Virus record (IMG/VR): IMGVR_UViG_3300017783_004014
Length of the DNA: 64,000 bases
Source: a virus
Direction: 5' to 3' (one strand)
Part shown: positions 29,011 to 38,314 of the stretch, one piece after another
Position numbering within the stretch: the first letter of the stretch is position 1
Layout of the letters: each line of letters starts with the position of its first letter
Position numbers and translations under genes: made by a program
Notes under the pieces: generated by a model
Databases searched by the model: none
Told to the model about the DNA's origin: nothing
What the model saw: the letters and a program-made list of their open reading frames with translations, nothing else

Positions 29011-30271
29011 TGATTCAGGCTTTTGTGCATTACCTTTTGTTCAATATAGTACGTACAACGGCGGTCGCTATAGACTTTGCTGTATGGCTAAAGAACCAGA
29101 GACACTAGTTGACCAAGAAATACTAGGTATTGCAGGAACATGGAATCATAATTATATCCGTGATGTGCGAAGAAGGATGACATCTGGCGAGTGGATGCCA
29201 GAATGTGTGGAATGTGATCATCTGGAGCGCAATGGTATTGTAAGTTCACGACAATGGGAAAATAAACAGTGGGCAGATGTGATAGACGGAGTAGTGGCTG
29301 AAGCCTCCGTCGACGAATGGAAGGTTCCACAACCTTTACAATTCGATTTTAGGTTGGGCAATTTATGTAATCTACAATGTCAAATGTGTAATAAGGAGGC
29401 ATCTCACTTAGTTAGTGTGGAGAGGGCTCATATGAATCAAAACGGACTGGGGTTAGATCACCCCGATTGGCAAGGCATGATTGCTACAAAGAAAGAGGCA
29501 CTTCTACAACCTGGAATAGACTGGACTAGCTTCGAGGAAATGTTGAGTGGGGCTAGAAAAATTAAAATAATAGGCGGTGAGCCAACAGTATCACCTGATA
29601 TGTTTAAACTGTTGGACAAGGCTGTAGAATCCGGAGACGCTGGTCATATAGAACTAAGTTTTTATACAAATATAACAAACATGCAAGACAGGTGGCTTGA
29701 ACAACTTGCACAGTTTGAAAAAGTGATCGTCAACTGCTCCTTGGAAGGCATGGGCCAAATGAATGACTATTTGCGTCCACCTTCCAAGTGGGATTCTGTA
29801 TGGAAACATTTTGATAAACTTGTTAAATTCAGTAACACAAAAAGAGGTAAAACTATCAAAGTTAGAGTCACTACAGTGAATCAAATGACCAATGCTTTAC
29901 ACATTGCAGACTTTTGGAGATACATGCATGACTACCAAATGACAAGCGATAGGGGTATAGGCATGAGCACCAATCAACTAATTGAACCACATTACTACAG
30001 TATGTCGCACAGTCCTTTATGGCTACGTGAAAAACAAGAAGAACAAATACTTAGATTTTTAGACAGCATAGGTAACAGTCCTCATTTAGAAGATTATGAA
30101 GAACCTCTTATGGAAGTAATTCAGTTTGGTAAAGACCCACAACACGAATATAATCCTTCTATCATGCGCCAGTATGTTCAAGTTACAGAAAACTATGATA
30201 GGTTTAGGAAACACAACATAATGGATGTTGCTCCTGAATTTGCTAGAATAAAAAGTGAATTAAATATCTAA
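29000..30271 (+). CDS. N-terminal-twitch radical SAM protein (RS2)
   Basis: FCALPF..GRYRLCC..ECVEC..SSR; CNLQCQMC; IIGGEP. Confidence 0.92.
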   Translation: MSNNDSGFCALPFVQYSTYNGGRYRLCCMAKEPETLVDQEILGIAGTWNHNYIRDVRRRMTSGEWMPECVECDHLERNGIVSSRQWENKQWADVIDGVVAEASVDEWKVPQPLQFDFRLGNLCNLQCQMCNKEASHLVSVERAHMNQNGLGLDHPDWQGMIATKKEALLQPGIDWTSFEEMLSGARKIKIIGGEPTVSPDMFKLLDKAVESGDAGHIELSFYTNITNMQDRWLEQLAQFEKVIVNCSLEGMGQMNDYLRPPSKWDSVWKHFDKLVKFSNTKRGKTIKVRVTTVNQMTNALHIADFWRYMHDYQMTSDRGIGMSTNQLIEPHYYSMSHSPLWLREKQEEQILRFLDSIGNSPHLEDYEEPLMEVIQFGKDPQHEYNPSIMRQYVQVTENYDRFRKHNIMDVAPEFARIKSELNI

Positions 30272-31168
30272 GTAATTCATATGACAGTCATTGTCATAAT
30301 AATTTTTCATTACTTTTTCTAAGTTTGTCCATGTAGTATCATAACTTTCAAAATTAAATATTTGCTCTGCATAATCATTTATATTATCATCAGTTAAAGT
30401 AATAGTTTCACTGTTTATAAATTCACCACTATTAATTACATTTACAACTTTGTGTTTATGTTCTGCTTTGTTTATTATACGAGTAGGATCTTCTCTCCAA
30501 TTGGAATGATAAATGTTAAAACACTCGTTATGATGTAACCATGCTTCTGTTAAGTTACCCATACGCAATCCTAGTTTTGCATAGTGAGCATCACAATGAT
30601 TATCATTTACAATTACCCATGCAGGTTTAGTTGGGTGTGGGTTTGCAATAGTATTACAATTTTTCTTACCCACTCTAAATAGTATACTGTTTTTTTGTTC
30701 CTTTACTTCTGGAACATAATGCCAACTGAACGGACTTGCTTTGATTGCATAAAAATAATTAGGCTTACAAGGTATAGTTCTTTCGCCGTCTTTTTCAATT
30801 ACAATTACACCTTGATTATCATTTAGGTAAATTTGACTTGTGATTAACCAACGAAACTTTTTTAAATCATTATGATGTTCTAGCCAACTATTTTTTTCGT
30901 CCATATGATAACTTACGTAGTGGTGATCGTGATTATAAACTTTACCAAGCATTTGTGTTTTCAAAACAGGTAATACTGAATACTCTATCCAGTCACACAA
31001 TTCCGTATCATATAGTTCTGCAGGACCGCTATAGTTGCCATATAAACTACTATCGTGTTCATCTACTTCTGGATTACTACAGTAGTCTCTTATCCATTGT
31101 TCTGGGTAGTTATTAATATATTTGTCTGCAAATTGTTTAGGCAGCCAATCTGCTTTTTCATAAACCAC
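30260..31168 (-). CDS. 2OG-Fe(II) oxygenase with C-terminal extension
   Basis: WLEHHND (HxD), SQIYLN, distal SWHYV. Confidence 0.65.
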   Translation of the reverse strand: MVYEKADWLPKQFADKYINNYPEQWIRDYCSNPEVDEHDSSLYGNYSGPAELYDTELCDWIEYSVLPVLKTQMLGKVYNHDHHYVSYHMDEKNSWLEHHNDLKKFRWLITSQIYLNDNQGVIVIEKDGERTIPCKPNYFYAIKASPFSWHYVPEVKEQKNSILFRVGKKNCNTIANPHPTKPAWVIVNDNHCDAHYAKLGLRMGNLTEAWLHHNECFNIYHSNWREDPTRIINKAEHKHKVVNVINSGEFINSETITLTDDNINDYAEQIFNFESYDTTWTNLEKVMKNYYDNDCHMNYLDI

Positions 31169-31988
31169 GTATTCTCTCCGCCATACATAGCTCTGGATCT
31201 ATTAAACTTTTATTGAGAATATCTGCTTCAAAGCATTGTAATTTGGTGCCAAATACTATTTGATGTGTAATCCATTGAGCATTAAAAAACCATATATCAC
31301 CTGGATTAAATGTTATATAGTGCAATGGATGATGAAATTGATCCCACATTTCATCATTCCATACGCAACGATTACGCATTTCTGTTATAAATTTGTGTAC
31401 ATCATCTTTATCTATATTCTGTAAATCAAAATCCCTATAATATTTGTGATACATTTGTTCTAAGTCTGGACCAAATGTTAATACTCTGGGTCGTTTTTTA
31501 TCGAGCTGAACAAACATTCTTATTTGTTGTTCATGTCCTGTATGTTGTTCGTCTAATTCATCTAAGTGTAATTTATTTTCTACTAGTGTATTATACCTAT
31601 GTGATAACATTCTTTCAGTGGTTTCATACCTTGGAAACAGCTCGTCAAATATCTGATTCCATCCCTCGTTTGCCTTCTTATGTTTCTTATGAAAAATATC
31701 AATCTCATCCTCAGTCCAACCGCGTTCTGTCCTTAAACGTTCTCTTTTTTTAATATGGCTGTTATACCAAGGCATGATCCACTTATTGTCTTTGATTGTC
31801 CAGTCTGGCAAGCTATCATAGTATTCATAGTCTACACCAGGAATATTCATATTCTTTATAACTACAGGCCATCCACTTTCAAATGCTCTATATAGTTTGT
31901 CATTGTCTGATATGTTGTCTGTTTGATAATCAAAAACAAAAACTTTAAATTCTTCTTTCGCAATACTGTCATACGCAATACGTGTCAT
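31158..31988 (-). CDS. Kdo hydroxylase (KdoO)-like oxygenase
   Basis: KLHLD, IRMFVQLD..PRV..FGPDLE, FNPGDIWFFNAQWITHQIVFG recall the Kdo_hydroxy family layout. Confidence 0.6.
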   Translation of the reverse strand: MTRIAYDSIAKEEFKVFVFDYQTDNISDNDKLYRAFESGWPVVIKNMNIPGVDYEYYDSLPDWTIKDNKWIMPWYNSHIKKRERLRTERGWTEDEIDIFHKKHKKANEGWNQIFDELFPRYETTERMLSHRYNTLVENKLHLDELDEQHTGHEQQIRMFVQLDKKRPRVLTFGPDLEQMYHKYYRDFDLQNIDKDDVHKFITEMRNRCVWNDEMWDQFHHPLHYITFNPGDIWFFNAQWITHQIVFGTKLQCFEADILNKSLIDPELCMAERIRGL

Positions 31989-32034
31989 TGTTCACCTTTT
32001 CGATTGATTTTTACTTAGTCCTATTATATACTAA

Positions 32035-32060
32035 GATAAATATTAACACAAGTATTTATA
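32035..32060. promoter_or_regulatory. Face-to-face late-promoter-like motifs serving divergent genes
   Basis: GATAAATA on + (32035-32042) and TATAAATA on - (32053-32060); direct repeat TATACTAAGA at 32027 and 32057. Confidence 0.5.
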
Positions 32061-32074
32061 CTAAGAGGATATCT

Positions 32075-33139
32075 ATGACAAAATCTGTAAATGTATGGAG
32101 CGAGTTTCAGCCCCTTAAGAAGGTTGTGCTCGGTGCTCCGTTTCCCCCAGACACATTTAAGTGGCACAAAGACGAAGAAACTCGTAATGTAATGAAACAA
32201 ATTTTTGAAGAGACAGCAGAAGATATTGCTGAGCTAGAAAAAGTTTTAGTTAACTTGGGCGTAGAAGTATTACGACCTAAAAACATTTTTACTATCACAG
32301 GCGAAGAACAAATAAGATTACCTTGGATGAGCTGTGGCTTTCCCAACCATCCATTAATGCCACGTGATACATTAATGCCATATGGTAACACAATTTTTGA
32401 ATGTTTTACTGGAGGCGATAACAGATACTTTGAAAATCTTGCCTATTATGATCACTGTGTAGAATGGTTTAAAGATGGTGCTGAATGGGTCAGTATGCCA
32501 GGTGCAATGGTAGATAATAGAACTTATGAAGAGTATTCAGATAATACTATTTTATACCATGCTGCTAATATGATAAAATGTGGAAACACTATTTTGTTTT
32601 CAGCATCGTGGGAACAAGATAACAAAAAAGGCAAAGGAACATTGTTAGGCAAAGAATGGATAAAACGTGAAATAAGTTTACGTTATCCTGGAACACGTTT
32701 TTTGGATGTTCCAGTTGGTGGACACATTGATGGTAAGATTGCTCTACTGAAGCCGGGTGTGCTTATGACATGGAATGCAAAATGGGTTCCAGAAGAAATG
32801 CAAGACTGGAATATAATTGAAGTAGAAGATGATGACTTTATGCCTGAAGATTTTTTACAAACAAGAAAACGTAGGTTTCATAAAGAATATGTAAGTAAAT
32901 GGTTGGGCCATTGGGTAGGTTATCCAGACGAAAGTGTATTCGATGTTAATGTATTAAGTGTAAACGAAAGCACAGTAATATGCACAGGTAAAAACGAAGC
33001 TGCATTTGCACAAATGGAAGCAAATGGTATCACTCCTATCTACTGGAATTTTCGTCATCAGTATTTCTGGGATGGAGGTATTCATTGTTTAACAAGTGAT
33101 ATTGTTAGAGAAGGCGATTGCGAGGATTACATTAACTAA
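32075..33139 (+). CDS. Amidinotransferase (glycine/inosamine-phosphate type, pentein fold)
   Basis: VWSEFQPLKKVVLG, MPRD, GHIDG, GGIHCLTSDIVR (Asp-His-Cys triad); start moved to ATG 32075 after AGAGG. Confidence 0.9.
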   Translation: MTKSVNVWSEFQPLKKVVLGAPFPPDTFKWHKDEETRNVMKQIFEETAEDIAELEKVLVNLGVEVLRPKNIFTITGEEQIRLPWMSCGFPNHPLMPRDTLMPYGNTIFECFTGGDNRYFENLAYYDHCVEWFKDGAEWVSMPGAMVDNRTYEEYSDNTILYHAANMIKCGNTILFSASWEQDNKKGKGTLLGKEWIKREISLRYPGTRFLDVPVGGHIDGKIALLKPGVLMTWNAKWVPEEMQDWNIIEVEDDDFMPEDFLQTRKRRFHKEYVSKWLGHWVGYPDESVFDVNVLSVNESTVICTGKNEAAFAQMEANGITPIYWNFRHQYFWDGGIHCLTSDIVREGDCEDYIN

Positions 33140-34383
33140 TGAGTATAAAACAATTTGTAAATGATGATGCATATCCAACCTGTTTGGCTCCATGGCATGC
33201 TATTACAATAAAATGGGGAGGTAATGTAATCCCTGATATCATATACAAAGGAAGTCTGGGGAACATTAATAGACAAACACTAAAAGAAATATTAGAAGGT
33301 GAGAAGGCAACTGCACTAAGAACTGCACACCGAAGTAGAGCATTACCAGAAACTTGTATAGGTTGTCAAAAGAAAGAAAAAAGTGGAAAAAGTAGACGTC
33401 TTTATTTTTGGGATAGACTTGATTGGGATGTAAAAAGAGAAAGTAAAAATTTACTTGTAGACACTCCACATGATATTAGATATCTTGACTTTACATTAAG
33501 TAACAAATGTAACCTTGCATGTATCCATTGTAGTCCTTTTGTTAGCACAGGTTGGACCAAAGACGGAAAAAAACTAAACAAAGAAGCTCCTGTGTATTGG
33601 GGAGAACAGCCTATTGGTTATCATGGTGCAGATGTAAACTTTATGGATAATTTATTTGCTAACCCAGAGTATTTTAAAAATCTACAGTGGGTAGCACTTA
33701 GAGGTGGCGAACCCCTTTATGATGAAAAGTGTAAAGAACTATTACAGTGGTTTATTGACAATGGTAAAGCACAAGAACTAATGCTTGATATAAGCACCAA
33801 TGCTACAGTATTTGATGAAGACTTTAGACAGATGTTTAAGTATTTTAAACACATTGAACTTAATATTAGTATAGAAGCTACAGATCAACTTTACAGTATT
33901 ATTAGGGGTGGCAAATACGAGTGGACTGAATTACAAGAAAACATAGAAAAATTTTACGAGTATGATAACATTGAAGTTGTATTTGCGGTTACAGTAATGA
34001 ATACAAATATTATGCAACTAGATAAAATCTGGGACTGGTTTGATATGTATCATAAGAACAAAGCCAGTATTAGTATGAGTAATGTTGTAGTAAATCCTAG
34101 TTATTTAAATATTGCATATTTGCCTCAAGAATTAAAACATATAGCACTAGATAAAATTGCTAGAATACCAAACCAGGCAATATGGCCTGCAGGTAGCTAC
34201 CATGAAAAAGAACACGAATACGGAACAGGTATTGAGAGTATCAAAAACGGATTATTAAATGTTCCTGATTTTGACGAACAACAAAAGTATTGGAAATACT
34301 TTTTACAATACACAAAGGACTTGGATAGATTACGAAAAACAAATACTTTTGCAGAAGTGAAAGAATTCAAATATTATGAATAG
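33139..34383 (+). CDS. N-terminal-twitch radical SAM protein (RS3, degenerate twitch)
   Basis: TCLAPW..GNVIPD (no CC)..TCIGC..SRR; CNLACIHC; LRGGEP. Confidence 0.9.
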   Translation: MSIKQFVNDDAYPTCLAPWHAITIKWGGNVIPDIIYKGSLGNINRQTLKEILEGEKATALRTAHRSRALPETCIGCQKKEKSGKSRRLYFWDRLDWDVKRESKNLLVDTPHDIRYLDFTLSNKCNLACIHCSPFVSTGWTKDGKKLNKEAPVYWGEQPIGYHGADVNFMDNLFANPEYFKNLQWVALRGGEPLYDEKCKELLQWFIDNGKAQELMLDISTNATVFDEDFRQMFKYFKHIELNISIEATDQLYSIIRGGKYEWTELQENIEKFYEYDNIEVVFAVTVMNTNIMQLDKIWDWFDMYHKNKASISMSNVVVNPSYLNIAYLPQELKHIALDKIARIPNQAIWPAGSYHEKEHEYGTGIESIKNGLLNVPDFDEQQKYWKYFLQYTKDLDRLRKTNTFAEVKEFKYYE

Positions 34384-35617
34384 TCTGCCTAAAAATGCTT
34401 GCGCCTATCCTTTCAAAGGCGCTATGCTAATGCACGGAGTGCCTGCTACTCCGTGTTGTAGGTTTCATGATAGATTTTTATCTAGTGCTGATAAAGAAAG
34501 TATTAACACGTTTGGTGCAACTTTTGCAGATATACGTGATACAATGATGCGTAACGAATGGCATTCTGGTTGTTACAAGTGTAAAGCAGATGAGGAATCA
34601 AAAGGCTCAAGTATGAGAACAGAAGCAGATGAATTTTTTGACAGTTTTACTGATGAAATAAAAATTGAATACTTGGAAATTACTGTAGGCAGATTGTGTA
34701 ATCTTGCTTGTCATACTTGCGGCCCAGAGTTTAGTCATACTTGGGACAAAGATGCATTAGAAATGGGTTACATTGATCATTCAAAACTAGAAAAACTCAA
34801 AAAAGATAAACAAGAATATGATTTAGATAATTTAGATCTCAATAATTTAAAAAATTTAAAACATATTAAAGTAACAGGAGGAGAGCCTTTTCTGCATAGA
34901 CAGTTTTTACGTTTTATTGTTAGACTTGCAGACGAAGGATTAGCACCTCAAATAAAATTAGAAATCTTTAGTAACTGTACATGGTATCCTGAAAAAGCCA
35001 ACATGGATGCAATCAAACAATTTAAACAAATAACTATTATGTTAAGCATGGACGGTTATAATAAAATCAATACACTACTAAGATATCCTAGTAAGTGGGA
35101 TAAGATAGAAAGTACACTAGACAAGTGGATACAAACAAGAAACGAAATTACAGGTGGTGGTACATCGTTGGCATTCATGATGAGAGAGAACCCAAAGAAT
35201 ACAGAAGATATTCCAGATGAAGAAGCATTTATTGTTGGTGCCGCATGCACAGTGAATGTAATCAATGCTCCTCATATATATGAGTTTATGCATTGGGCTC
35301 GGATCAACAAGCAAATAGAAGTTGTGTTACAAAGTGTATATGAACCTAATCATCTAAGTATTTTACATTGGCCAGATTGGTATAAGAGAACACTTGCATT
35401 TACTATTGAACAACAATTTATGAGCTTTAACAATAGAGCTAAAAAAATGATGCCAGCATATAGATTATTAAAAAGTCTTTGTGAGCTAGGTAACAACGAA
35501 GATAAAAGCGAAGAGTATATTTCTAAAATTAAAAAACAATTCAAATTACGTGAACAGAAGATCAAAGATGCAAATCTATTTGTAGAAATGTTAAGATTTA
35601 ATGATAGACAAATATAA
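34376..35617 (+). CDS. N-terminal-twitch radical SAM protein (RS4)
   Basis: ACAYPF..TPCC..GCYKC..SMR; CNLACHTC; VTGGEP. Confidence 0.9.
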   Translation: MNSLPKNACAYPFKGAMLMHGVPATPCCRFHDRFLSSADKESINTFGATFADIRDTMMRNEWHSGCYKCKADEESKGSSMRTEADEFFDSFTDEIKIEYLEITVGRLCNLACHTCGPEFSHTWDKDALEMGYIDHSKLEKLKKDKQEYDLDNLDLNNLKNLKHIKVTGGEPFLHRQFLRFIVRLADEGLAPQIKLEIFSNCTWYPEKANMDAIKQFKQITIMLSMDGYNKINTLLRYPSKWDKIESTLDKWIQTRNEITGGGTSLAFMMRENPKNTEDIPDEEAFIVGAACTVNVINAPHIYEFMHWARINKQIEVVLQSVYEPNHLSILHWPDWYKRTLAFTIEQQFMSFNNRAKKMMPAYRLLKSLCELGNNEDKSEEYISKIKKQFKLREQKIKDANLFVEMLRFNDRQI

Positions 35618-36842
35618 ATTAAAAGAGAGCAACACATTCTGTATGCTACCGTTTATGCACATTTATGGAAGTGCAGGAGGAGATATGGTTCCTTGTTGCG
35701 AAGCACAAGAAGAGCCGCTCAACAATCCTGGCGAAACTGCAATAGAAAGCTGGAACAATAACAACTATAGAGAACTTAGACAATCACTAGCAGAAGGCCA
35801 AAGACATCCAAGATGTGGAGTTTGCTGGCACAACGAAGATGCTGGAATTGTTAGCAACAGGCAACAATGGGATTACGATAACTGGAAAGACTTTGCTGAT
35901 AAAATAGCTGTAAACAGCGATTACAGCGTCAACAACCCGCCTTACTGGGTAGAGCTTAAAGTGAGTAACTTTTGCAATTTAAAGTGCATTATGTGTAGCA
36001 CACACAGCTCTTACAAGCGTGTAAAGGACTTGGATATTATTACTAAGTATACCACTGATGGATACGAAACCCGCTTGCTGCGCCCTACAACGCTGTTTGA
36101 GAGCCTAAATACATGGCCTGATCTATGGGATACAGTTCATACACTACAGTTTACAGGTGGCGAACCTATTATCAATCAAGAACACTATGATTTGTTAGCA
36201 GGTATTCCAGATAGCGTAAAAGCAAATATTAAATTACGTTATGCAAGTAATCTAAGTTATATAAAATTTAAGAAATACGACCTTGTTGATATATGGAGCA
36301 AATTTAAACATGTAAATATAAAAGTAAGCATGGACGGTATAAATGATGTATACAATTATATTAGACAAGATGGCAATTGGGATACAGTATATGAAAACAT
36401 GTGTATACTAAACGATATACCAACAATTGATGTTGCAGCAGGAATAACAGTACAAGCACACAACATATTTCAAATGCCAGAGTTTTATGACTTCTGGAAA
36501 CAAAGTAATGTAAATCTTTCTTTTATTACTGCAAATATATTACAAACGCCACGTTATCTAAGTCCTGCATTATGGCATGGAAAATACAGAGATGCAATTA
36601 TTGAAAAGTTACGTGCTGCAGAACATATACATCCTGAAATGAATAGATTTGCAACATATATGGAAAACACAGAACGCAACATGCGTGACTATGCAAAAAT
36701 GAGAAAATATACAAGAGATATTGAGCAACGCTATAATCCACAAATAAAATTAAAAGAGATGGTAAAGCGTTATTTAAAAATAGATTTAGAAAATATGACA
36801 GAGGTCAATAGGCTTCTAGAAGAGAAAGGGCCAGTAGATTGA
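35601..36842 (+). CDS. N-terminal-twitch radical SAM protein (RS5)
   Basis: FCMLPF..VPCC..RCGVC..SNR; CNLKCIMC; FTGGEP. Confidence 0.92.
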   Translation: MIDKYKLKESNTFCMLPFMHIYGSAGGDMVPCCEAQEEPLNNPGETAIESWNNNNYRELRQSLAEGQRHPRCGVCWHNEDAGIVSNRQQWDYDNWKDFADKIAVNSDYSVNNPPYWVELKVSNFCNLKCIMCSTHSSYKRVKDLDIITKYTTDGYETRLLRPTTLFESLNTWPDLWDTVHTLQFTGGEPIINQEHYDLLAGIPDSVKANIKLRYASNLSYIKFKKYDLVDIWSKFKHVNIKVSMDGINDVYNYIRQDGNWDTVYENMCILNDIPTIDVAAGITVQAHNIFQMPEFYDFWKQSNVNLSFITANILQTPRYLSPALWHGKYRDAIIEKLRAAEHIHPEMNRFATYMENTERNMRDYAKMRKYTRDIEQRYNPQIKLKEMVKRYLKIDLENMTEVNRLLEEKGPVD

Positions 36843-38314
36843 ATCAAGGACAAAAAAGTTGGGAGTATTCTCACAAATCATCAACAAACAAAATTGTGCA
36901 TGTATTTTCACCAAAGAGTAAATGTTTGCTTGACAAACCAAGGCTGAAACAAAAACTGCAACAAATTCAACAAGTAGAATCCAATAATCATTTACAAGGT
37001 AGTGTAATCAATACATTCAACGAAGGTGATATGAGTTGGCTAGAAAATGCTATTTCGATGCATTATGAATATGCAGTATTTTGGTTTGATGGATGCTGGG
37101 CAATTACAGAAGATTTTGAAGAAATACTAGAAAGAGAAATAAAAGAATGGAACGAAATAGATAGTAACTGGACTGTTGCAGGAGAGCTTAGACAAGAAGA
37201 AGGAGCATATCCAACTCTTAATCATAACTTTATAATTATTAATTTAAGAAAGTGGGCTTTGAATGAAAAAATACATCCAGTAAATGAAATCACTGAATTA
37301 CGTGATTTTGAAGCAATAGATTTAGGATGGGACACAGGCAACCTATTACAACTTAACCCAGTAGAAGGTCATGTAAGTCATTTTGAAAGAAATCAAGAAC
37401 GTGAAATTAGACGTTACGAAAGAGAAATAGGTAAGTTTCCTTTTGTAAGTTGGTTAGCATGGTGTATTGATAATCATATTGTTGTATATGGTATAAGCGA
37501 TGAATTGTTTGATGCAACGGTTTATGTTAATCCTTTTATGAATACTGAACAGTTTGAACTAGGAATAATGGGCGAGTCTTATGACAGAGATCAAGTAAGT
37601 AGAAAAGGCAAATATGTTATTGATAAACTAATGAAACCAAGTAGTCCTGTGTATTTTGTAAACACAGAAGAGTCTAGTCCTACAGTTATAGATAAACTAT
37701 TAGAAACCGAGTTTGAACAATACATAGGCGCTACAGCGGGTTTTAAGCTACTGTACTACGCACACAAGTACGGTATTAATCCTGGCTTTACAGACTTCAT
37801 ATGGTTTGACTTTGACCCCGATAGCTGTAATTTTAAGCGTGAGACATTAAAGCAATGGGATGGACAAAATTATCCAGCATGGGTAGATGATTGGTGCCAA
37901 AGAAATCCGCAGGCCAATTTAGATTTGCAACCTTTAGTTAAACAAAAATGGTGGGGTGTTCTTCATCAATTTGGTGGAAAAAATAAATTCCAAGATTTTT
38001 GGACACAAGTAAGTTTTAGCGACCATACTGTAATAGAATGTGATATAATTAGTAACAATAAATTGTTATTTGACAAAGTGCAAAACAAACGTAGTTTTAT
38101 GTGGACAAGTAATATTTACAGCTATATATTACCTAATTTAAAAGAAAGCGTAGAAGATATAAATTCTAGTTTTATGGATATGGTTTCACAACTAAAATCA
38201 ACTCACCAAGATACATGGTTCTGTGGAACTGATACGCAAGACAATGATATTATGTGTCCTGTAAAGGATATTACCAGTGCTACTGATAATAGTAGTTTAG
38301 GTCAAGAACAATGA
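36839..38314 (+). CDS. Unknown family paralog 1 (possible SAM-binding fold at C terminus)
   Basis: Shares FW(F/Y)xG, YxxNT, ATAG/PASG, WxDF, WxG, (S/T)NIY motifs with the next two ORFs. Confidence 0.6.
   Translation: MNQGQKSWEYSHKSSTNKIVHVFSPKSKCLLDKPRLKQKLQQIQQVESNNHLQGSVINTFNEGDMSWLENAISMHYEYAVFWFDGCWAITEDFEEILEREIKEWNEIDSNWTVAGELRQEEGAYPTLNHNFIIINLRKWALNEKIHPVNEITELRDFEAIDLGWDTGNLLQLNPVEGHVSHFERNQEREIRRYEREIGKFPFVSWLAWCIDNHIVVYGISDELFDATVYVNPFMNTEQFELGIMGESYDRDQVSRKGKYVIDKLMKPSSPVYFVNTEESSPTVIDKLLETEFEQYIGATAGFKLLYYAHKYGINPGFTDFIWFDFDPDSCNFKRETLKQWDGQNYPAWVDDWCQRNPQANLDLQPLVKQKWWGVLHQFGGKNKFQDFWTQVSFSDHTVIECDIISNNKLLFDKVQNKRSFMWTSNIYSYILPNLKESVEDINSSFMDMVSQLKSTHQDTWFCGTDTQDNDIMCPVKDITSATDNSSLGQEQ

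Noticed and set aside
31982-32074. 31-residue N-terminal extension of the amidinotransferase in the ORF track
   Set aside because: It spans the divergent promoter region; ATG 32075 has the RBS and matches the family start
7688-33139. QueE plus amidinotransferase as an archaeosine (dG+) DNA-modification pathway
   Set aside because: Archaeosine amidino groups come from ArcS, Gat-QueC or QueF-like enzymes, not pentein-fold Arg amidinotransferases; the genes are about 24 kb apart and no dpdA or queC is present
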